DNA from: Candidatus Poseidoniaceae archaeon
Lineage (GTDB): Archaea; Thermoplasmatota; Poseidoniia; Poseidoniales; Poseidoniaceae
Direction: 5' to 3'
NCBI GenBank assembly: GCA_049598575.1
Contig: JBMYNT010000001.1
Coordinates: 8,758-72,757 of the forward strand
Length of the DNA stretch: 64,000 nt
How positions within the stretch are numbered: the stretch's first letter is position 1; each line of letters begins with the position of its first letter. Positions 8,758 through 17,700 of this stretch are shown here, piece by piece. A program made the position numbers and the translations under genes. Below the pieces are notes generated by a model that was given only the letters and a program-made list of their open reading frames with translations, had not been told where the DNA came from and ran no database searches.

Positions 8758-10953
8758 TCAATACTCCAGAAAATTCGAGAGGATTTTGATACCAGATGGA
8801 CTTCCAACTGATTCAGGATGGAATTGTACACCAAACACAGGTGCTTGGTTCGAGTGCAATCCTAGGACCAGCGATTTTGTATCATCTGTTGCATCAACGA
8901 CGATGGTTGGGTGTGAAAGAAGATCTGCCGTCAGCAATGTCAATGAATTGTACCTCGTCATCGAAACCTCGTTCATATCATCAAACAACCCTTTCTGATC
9001 ATGAATACACTTGACAGGCGTACCATGAACAGGCCCAATTGGACTTGGAACCAATTCGAATCCAGATGCTAACCCAATCGCTTGATGTCCTAAGCAGATG
9101 CCAAGCAGTGGCGGGGTTCGTCCTTGCAGCGATAACGATGCGAAATCCATGGTGAGTTCACTGTCTTGTGGCCAACCGGGACCTGGCCCGAGAATGATGT
9201 GTGATGGTTGCAATTCGTCAATGAGTTGTTGAGCAGATGATTCTAACCTACCCCGCCCAGAAACGATGTTCACATGATGTCCAAGACCACAAATACTGTG
9301 TGCAATGTTGTAAGTGAATGAATCAAGATTATCGATGAGAAGGACTGCATTTTTCTCAAACGTATGTGTGTGTATGGCCGCTTGGGTTGTGTTGTTGCTT
9401 TGATTGCTCTCGAGTGGAAGTGGATGAATGGCTAAACTCTTGACTGGATTGGATGGGGCGGCCTCATCCAACCATCCACACGATCGTAGCAGTGCGTTCG
9501 CTTTCCATTTCGCTTCAGCAACCTCGGATTTTGGATTGGATTCAATCGTAATCCCTCCTCCTGCTGTGACGCGTGAATACCATCCTTCTCCCTCTCTTCG
9601 TAGTTCAGCGGTTCGGATCAGAATGTTCCAAGATGAGCATCCAGTTGATGGGTCGAACCATCCCATCGACCCCGTCCAGAACGATCGTGGCCGTCGCTCC
9701 AATTCATCGATTGCAGCACATACCACTGTTCTTGGACAACCTGTAATCGAACCACCTGGGAACACATTTTCTATGCAATCGAAGACGTCCACATGGTCAT
9801 CCAAATTGCCTTTAATTCGAGAAACGAGATGCTGAACTTCAGCGTAGGCTTCGACATCAAATCGATCAACCCACACTTGGTTTGGTTTGGATATTCGACC
9901 AACATCGTTCCGCATCAAATCAACCAACATTCGATGTTCGGCGCGCTCCTTGCGATCCGAAATCATGTCTTCACGCAGGAGCGATTCTTCAGCATCCGAT
10001 GCTCCTCGAGGGGCTGTCCCTTTGATTGGTGCAGTTGTAATGATTCCTTCGTTCGTAGTAAGGAGTGATTCAGGTGATGCAGATACGAGTGAGAACCCCT
10101 CGTCTTTCATATGGACAAAACCAGAATACGGTGCAGGATTTGACGCAATGGAATGTGAGAAAACTGTCCAAGGTTCGGATTGTATTTCACCTTCCCAGGT
10201 ACGACCGAAGTTTAGCTGGTACAACTGACCATCGACGATTGCAGAATGGACTCTGCGTACAATCTCTTCATGCTCTTCATCCGTGCACGTCGAAGTGGGC
10301 TTTTGACCAAGACGAACAGTAGGAGAGGTATACTCCGGTTGGCCGTTATCGAGGCACACACGTACCTTTGCTTCCCAGCCAGAATCCGTTGAGAGAACAA
10401 TGAGGGAATCGGTGCTCTTCTGATGAACGATGCAGTGATGGATTTCCCATAACACACACAACAACTCACCTTCCTGTGGAAGATGTTGTAATCGAATGGG
10501 TTGGGTGAGTTGCAATAAATCGTAGGAGAGGGCTCCAGTCCAAAATGGACCAACAAAGGGAATCGATTCAGGAATGGTTCCTAGAAAGTCAGAATCGCTT
10601 TTCGAACACAGCTGTCTCAAACCATCTGCTAGGAATGTAGTTGTTGTTGAAGCATCCAACTGCCACTGTGTTCCGTCCCAAACCTCTCGCTCAAACAGGA
10701 ACGGAGCAGAATCAACCAATCTGGTTTCTCCAGAAAGAGGAGAATGTTCCGCCGCAGCCTCGACAACATCTCTTGAGGGTTGTCGGATGAGGACGCGCCG
10801 ACTCGCTGGTCCGCACAAAAAAGAAAATTGCGAAAGGTGGCTTGTTGGGCCTGCTGAGACCAACATGACTTCATCGGGGCCGCCATATTGACCTGCCCTT
10901 TCGCCGAGAAGGTCTTGTTCAATCAAGTGATGACGGATTGGTTCAAGCAACAT
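8758..10953 (-). CDS. Aminodeoxychorismate synthase, fused component I (PabB-like) and glutamine amidotransferase (PabA-like)
   Basis: N-terminal chorismate-binding region (PIKGT...MLVDLMRND...GGSITGCP) followed by a class I GATase (CLGHQ, FHPES). Adjacent pabC favours Pab over Trp. Start trimmed to MLLEPIRHHL (10953) to limit overlap with pabC. Confidence 0.75.
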   Translation of the reverse strand: MLLEPIRHHLIEQDLLGERAGQYGGPDEVMLVSAGPTSHLSQFSFLCGPASRRVLIRQPSRDVVEAAAEHSPLSGETRLVDSAPFLFEREVWDGTQWQLDASTTTTFLADGLRQLCSKSDSDFLGTIPESIPFVGPFWTGALSYDLLQLTQPIRLQHLPQEGELLCVLWEIHHCIVHQKSTDSLIVLSTDSGWEAKVRVCLDNGQPEYTSPTVRLGQKPTSTCTDEEHEEIVRRVHSAIVDGQLYQLNFGRTWEGEIQSEPWTVFSHSIASNPAPYSGFVHMKDEGFSLVSASPESLLTTNEGIITTAPIKGTAPRGASDAEESLLREDMISDRKERAEHRMLVDLMRNDVGRISKPNQVWVDRFDVEAYAEVQHLVSRIKGNLDDHVDVFDCIENVFPGGSITGCPRTVVCAAIDELERRPRSFWTGSMGWFDPSTGCSSWNILIRTAELRREGEGWYSRVTAGGGITIESNPKSEVAEAKWKANALLRSCGWLDEAAPSNPVKSLAIHPLPLESNQSNNTTQAAIHTHTFEKNAVLLIDNLDSFTYNIAHSICGLGHHVNIVSGRGRLESSAQQLIDELQPSHIILGPGPGWPQDSELTMDFASLSLQGRTPPLLGICLGHQAIGLASGFELVPSPIGPVHGTPVKCIHDQKGLFDDMNEVSMTRYNSLTLLTADLLSHPTIVVDATDDTKSLVLGLHSNQAPVFGVQFHPESVGSPSGIKILSNFLEY

Positions 10954-11728
10954 GACTCCAAACCTCCTCCCAATTGCTGGGATTGTTGTAGTTGTTGTCA
11001 AGGATTTTGACACACATATCGAACAAACGAGTACCTCCATCACCAATTGGTTCGTTGTCAATGGAATCAATCTTCAAAACACCAACACCGCTACCAACAG
11101 CAATTGCTTCAACACATCGTGCAACGAGTCGTTCGTTCAAGTTACCTTGTTGAATATGGAATCCTGCTTCAAGAATTGATTCATGCATTGCATTGAATGT
11201 AATCGATGAGACGGAACTGTTTGCATGACTCACCCAAACCACTCCATCCTCATCCAGAACAAGAGGTGTACATCGATCACCATCAACGATGGAGTAGTCG
11301 TGAACCATGAGCGCTAAATCAGCTCCTTTTTGTTCCGCATAATTCCGAGCTTCGGTGTACGCTCCCCATGCACCGTGCTTTGTTCCTGCAACACGTGGGG
11401 GCCAAATTGGGCTTGGAACCGTTATGGCATCGATTGCCTCGTCTTGTATTGTGAACGGCCGATATGCAACACTGAGTTCGGAGTTTTTTGTACATTCGAT
11501 GCGAACGAGACCTTCGGATATCTGAGGAGGATTCTTTTGAAGAAGTTCGAGGAACCCTTCTCGGTTGATATTGCTCTCATCAATCCTCAATTTTGCTGCA
11601 TGCTCAAGCATACGTGCAAGGTGAGATTGGAACAAGAACAGTCCACGCTCTTGAGAGAATCTCATGGTTGTGAACACAGAGGAGCGAGGACTCGGGTTCG
11701 CCTCGCTCATGGCCTGTCCTTGGCACAC
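10943..11728 (-). CDS. Class IV aminotransferase fold protein, probable 4-amino-4-deoxychorismate lyase (PabC)
   Basis: BCAT/PabC-like length and motifs; lies immediately upstream of pabAB on the same strand. Confidence 0.6.
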   Translation of the reverse strand: MCQGQAMSEANPSPRSSVFTTMRFSQERGLFLFQSHLARMLEHAAKLRIDESNINREGFLELLQKNPPQISEGLVRIECTKNSELSVAYRPFTIQDEAIDAITVPSPIWPPRVAGTKHGAWGAYTEARNYAEQKGADLALMVHDYSIVDGDRCTPLVLDEDGVVWVSHANSSVSSITFNAMHESILEAGFHIQQGNLNERLVARCVEAIAVGSGVGVLKIDSIDNEPIGDGGTRLFDMCVKILDNNYNNPSNWEEVWSHVA

Positions 11729-11749
11729 TATGCCTTGAGCATCACGGTA

Positions 11750-14700
11750 TCACAGCAAGTCATCAAGGAAGGATGTGTCAATACCAGATTTCGATGGTTG
11801 TTGAGGCGTTCCAATGTCGAGATCATTCAATAGATCGTTATCGATTGGTGCTCGCACAGGATTCATAACTGGCCTTGGAGCATTGTACTGTTCTCGCCCA
11901 ATGTTCTGCGAATCAATACGTTCTGCTGCTCTGAACAGCGAATCAGCCTGAACCGGCGCTGCAGGTGCAGGAGGGGGTGGAGGAACGTTCGATTGTGGAG
12001 GGGAGTTCCACGAGTCGTCGCTAATACCCCAGGTTGCTGTCTGCAGTTCCCATTCTTTCTCTTTCTGGCTTCGCTTGCCACGTCCACGAACGATGGCAAG
12101 GAGCAGGAACAATGAGACAACAACAAGCCCAGCAGCAAGGAGGTTCGGAGTTGTTAACAGCGATTCGAGGTCGTTTCCAGCATTCGTCTCATCGGTTACT
12201 TTGCCGGATGCATCGACAGCGTTGATCTTCTTGGCATCCACAGTCTTTCGAACCTCGTCATCGTCAAACGTTGTGACTGAGACGAACCAATCGGATGTGT
12301 TCACGAGGTCTGGGAATATTTGTGAGGAGATAACGAACGAGTTCGCAATGGTTTCATCGAGGAACATTGCATCTGAAATGTCCATGAAATCAGTGGAACT
12401 GATGTGGATTTGATACCCTTCAACACTCAAGTCGTTCGAATGGTTCCACGATACGAGAATGTCTCGCTCTTCAACCCAAGCGAGTGTTATACCCTCGATG
12501 CTTGGAAGGTAGTTGCCAGGATCTGTGACATTATCATCAACGGATTGCGCACGAACGACGGTCAAATCGGTCTTGATAGCATTGCCAGATGAATCAACAG
12601 GAACGACGGCTGCCCAAGTCTCTTGGCCTGGAAGAACAGGTAGGTCTCCAGCGAGAATTGTTATCTTGAACGGCAAATCAGGATTACGCTCAAGTGTTGC
12701 AATCGGAGCGTTTGGCCCATCTGCTCCAACACCGACACTCGTAAACGACCAGGAAGCAGCATACACATCGTACTGACTTACATCACCAGCCGAAGAGAGC
12801 TCAAAGTCAAGGAGCAATGCAGAACCGTCATCCATCGGTCGATCTGTGAGGCTCACATTTTCCAATCGAGGCGGAGGCGTTGTATCCTCGAAGTTGTTGA
12901 TTGGCACGACACTTGCAGAGAGCAAATCGTCAGTGTAGACGTTACCTTGCACGTCATGAACAGTGACGGTTACGAACAGTTCAACGCCTGGCTTGATCAG
13001 TTGTGGTGTATCACCTGGACCAAACGAGTCGCTGTTGCCTCCCAATCCGTACAATGCCGTATTCAACGTCAATTCAATCGGATTTTTATCTTCATCAATC
13101 CACTGTTTGTCGATGACGATGCATCCACAAAATGCCGAATCGTCACCGTACAAATTCCAAAGGTAACTGACATCATCCACAGGCTTGTCTGCGGCCCAAA
13201 CGACGTATTGACTGAAATCTCCAGCATCTGAAATCGACCAAACAACGTCGATTGCAGTCCCATCATCGTCTGGATGATCGTATGCTTGGATGCTCTCAAT
13301 TCGCTTTGGTGGCATCGCAACTCCATTTGAATTATCGATTGGTGTTGCAGTTACAATCTCAACATCGTTGAGGTTGCCATTGAGCCAAGTATCGAATGCA
13401 ACAACACCGATGTGGTACTCGAGGCCGTTCACCAACGGGAGATCGTCAAGTTCTGAGACGATGGTTGAATTGTCGTCACAATTGTTGACAACGGTTGATT
13501 CTGAGAAGCCAGCAACCGATGATGGGTCTGTTGTAAAGACGACACCTGTAATCATGTACACGACGTAGAATGCACAGTCATCGGCATCACTTGTATCCCA
13601 GCCAACTGTGATTCGACCACCTTCATCAGCGGGCGTGTCAATGGCCCAAACATTCTGCAATTTTGCCGGAGGAATACCGTCATCGACACCTCCAGTTGGA
13701 ACCACAGGACCAATGATTGTAGCATTCATCATGTCTTCCTGTCCTGTGAGATCAACACAAGTGAATCCAAGCCAATACGGTTTACCTGGTTCGAGATTCA
13801 GAATGGTTGTGTTCCCTTCTGTTGGAAGGACGGAAGCCTCGACAGAGAGGCCTAGAATGTCGGTCATCGATTGTGTCGATGCGTAGATTCTCGTCTCTTG
13901 CAAATCCAATGCGGTACAGCGTGCCCACTCGGTTTCCAAGTCGCCAGCTACACCACCGCTTAGTGGTTGAGCGGTTGCCCATTCTGGTGGCGTTGGGACT
14001 TCATTGCTTGTTGTTACAGGACCGAAGACTTGGCTCGGTAGACCATATCTTCCGTTGTTGTATTCAACAACAACAAGGGCATAGTATTCGACCCCATCGA
14101 CCAATGGAACGCCATTCGCAGTCGTGACATCGGCTTTTAATCGGCTGTGAATTGACTCAGATTTGTCGATGATTCGGCCAACAAGATCGATATCCGTTGG
14201 AAGTGCAGTCCATGGTTGGTCGCTTACGTAAACCAGGTATCGGCTGAAATCAGGATCATGGACCAGAGTCCATTCAACTGTAAGAGCGCCTCCACCGTCA
14301 TCCGGACGATCGTACATGTCCGCAATTTCAACAGGCGTATCCAATCGAACCCAATCGTACGTTAACCGAACCTCAATTGAACCGTTCGTTGGTGAAATCA
14401 ACTTGATTGGTACAAAGCGAGTACCGTTGATGAGTTGTCCATTGTTGATGGCGAGTTGAAGACCATCTTCGACGCCGGTAGTGTTGTCCAATTCAAGGAC
14501 AGTGTCGTACCGTAGTGTGGTCGACTTTGCCCAGACTGCAGCATTCGATACAGGAGAGGTCATAATGAGCGGTACCGTTTGGAATAGGAGCCCATGAACG
14601 CCTGGTTGTCCAATCGAGCTGTTCAAGGAAACAGGAGCGTCTGGAGTAACCAGATCGATGCTAAACCCGGGATGGGTCATGTTGGTGATATCCATGTATT

Positions 14701-17700
14701 CCGAATTGAAGCCAATGTTGAGTGGATTTGCATAACGAGAGGTTTGACTCTCCATCTCGTCGAAGGCGGTTGCCGGCGTCCATCCGCGTAGTCCGGCATC
14801 GCTGGTCGTTAGCCAGAACCCGTTTGAACCGACAGCAACGTTGGTTGGATTTTGTACAATAGCCGACTTGACACTTGAGTGGGATGCAGTGTGCGCTTCA
14901 ACGATGGTCATCGCGTTCAATCCCATCACCATGAGATGCATTCCATCGCTGCTCATCCTGTAAATCGGCCATGATGAGATTTGTGAACTCGACAAACCGT
15001 CTTCAAATTCGTTCGACAACCCATCGTAGTGAATCAATGGTCCAACATCGGTTGCAATGTGCAATCCTGCATAATCGGATGCGACGGCAGTGATGTAATT
15101 GGAGGGGAGTTGATCAAATCGGTGCGTTGAAACAACGCCGTTTGAAGATGAATCAACCATCGACACACCTGGGCGTTCTGAGCCAGCACCATCGTGTCCG
15201 AGGACAAGTTGCACAGCTTGGTTTGCGCTTGGAGGAGAATACGTTTCAATCGACCATACGGAGTTTCCAAGCAAACCATCAGCGCTTGTGTTTGTTGTGA
15301 TTGCCCCCGTGGTAGGGATGTATTGTGTCAGACCACTGCCAGATGCGATGTAGAGTGTGTTTGAAATGAACTTGATATCTTCAATGTTCGAAGATGGTAA
15401 GCCATCTGCAGTGGTAAGCGGGTTGTCCCAATCGTTTGCAGACATGTTCCAGCGACCAATTCCGTTTTGAGTAGCAACGTAGACGTGGTCATTTGACACA
15501 GCAAAACCTTGGATGTTATCGGAAGGGAGTCCGGAAAGCAACTGTCCTGCACCGAACTGCTGTGTAGCAACATCGAACGCTTGCACACCAGCGGCAGTGG
15601 AGAAGGTTCCCAGCAAACCGACGTAGAGGGTTGAAACCCCACTGACTTGATGCATAGCCAATCCTCCAAGACTGTTGTGAATGGATCCTGTTTGACGTTG
15701 GAGCGTTCCAGTCGTCGTATCCAAGACGTAGAGACCATTCCCTGATGTAGAGATGTAGATGGTTGTTCCATCCATGAGCATGTCACCAATGGTTGTTGAG
15801 AATGGGAACGACCAGCCTTCCTCCCAATCGATGCCACCGTTTGAGTTAAACGAACCTTGGAGAATGCCTGCTGTTCCTTGCCCTCCTCCGTTTCCACCGC
15901 CCCCAAAGGAGGATTCTGTACCAACCCAAATCTTCGAACCGTCCGAAACCAAGGAAGGAATGTTGCCACTGACAAGCGCTGGAAGTTCGAATGCAGTGTA
16001 CAGCCCAGATGTGCCCAATTTGTCGACGCGCGAGTAACCACTCGCCTCACCTGCTTGTCCAATCAACCATTCCGTTCCTGTATGCTTAACGGATGTAACC
16101 GGTGTGCCTACCCGCTGAACACTTGCCTGTCCTGTAATTGTTCCTCGAGTTGAAATGATGGCAAATCCGCCTGAATCATCGTACCCAATCATGAGTTTAC
16201 CATTTGAGAAATCCATTGCATCAAGCCAAACAGGATCTGTCGGAAGTCCATTGGATGCAGAGGTGATCTTTGCTAGCCACGTTCCGGATACAGTATCGTA
16301 CTTGGAAATACCTTGATTGTCCGCATCGTAACCAACGTAGAGCGTATCAACAGCATCACAAGCGACAGAGGCGACACGTCCACTGCTCAAGACAGACGTT
16401 GTGAATGAACCAATGACCGAAGAGGTGTTCAAATCCATGTACATGACACCACCATTGTTGTTGAACAATCCGATATAGAGATACGAGCCACATGTGCTCA
16501 TGGAGAGGGGGTATCCGTTTGGCACACCGTTTTGACCAGTGTTGAACGTTGACCATGTTCCACTCGAGCCATCAAGATGGCCGACAACTCCACGTTGGAA
16601 TCCGCCCCAACCTGCAAAGGTTGCAGATCCGACAACGAGGTGTGTTCCATCCGTCCAAAGCTCACCAACCCAATCGCCCATGTTGTTTGGTAATCCGTTT
16701 CCAGGTGTCCATGTCGATTCCCACGAGAAGGAGGTCTCGTTAAACCGCTCAACTCCATCTTCTGTCGCGAAAAGAATGAGTCCATCGTATTCGATGATCT
16801 CTCGAATTGGAAATTCAAGGTTATCCCAGGTTCCAAGTTTGGTTCCGCTCGAACTGTAGACTTCGAGTGCAATTTCGCCCCAAGAAATCCACGTGTTTCC
16901 GCTTGAAGATTCGAACGCAGTCACCCGATCGACTTGACCAGACGGCAGGACATTTGTGCCCCAAGTACTCGTCGATAGGTTGTATTGGGCAATCCCTCCG
17001 CTTCCATCTTGATTCCACCATTGGCCGGAAACGACGCTTGCAAGGAGCATGTCCCCAACGATGTTCAATCCAGCAATGTCGCCTCCATTTTCTCCGACAC
17101 GTTGGCCTGCATCGAGTGGTGTAATCGAGGTGAAGTTTGCCACATCGATTCCGTAAATGCTGTCGCTTGAGGTGCCTTGATGGTAGTACATGGTGAATCC
17201 ATACATTGTCAAGTCGAACGGATCGCCGTTCCCACTGTACAACGAATTTGATTTCTCAATATCGTAAAATTCCGTTCCATTGGCGGTTCCAATCAACTGG
17301 AAACCATCTTGTCCACCAACCCAAATGTAACCTGGTCGAATGTCAGCGATGAGGCTCGTGACAATCTCGTTTCCATTGTCGAGGACATTGTCCTCAGTCC
17401 ATGTTGTCAACCACTCGCTGTTTGTGATGTCCCAGCGAGCCACACCAATTCCAGTGAGTCCAATGTAAGCAACATCATCGATGACTTCGACGATAGCGTC
17501 CGAGGTCGATGCGGTCGCTTCCCATTCGTCATCAACAGTGAAACTGCTTTTGTCAATGAGGCCCACACCGCTGAAGGTTCCACCAAAGACCGTAGTGCTG
17601 TTCACGCCTACAACGTATGTTGCCCAGTTCGGCATGCCGTCGTAAACGTTGAGACAATCATCGATGGCTCCGTTGCTTGGTGAGTAACGACAAACACCGA

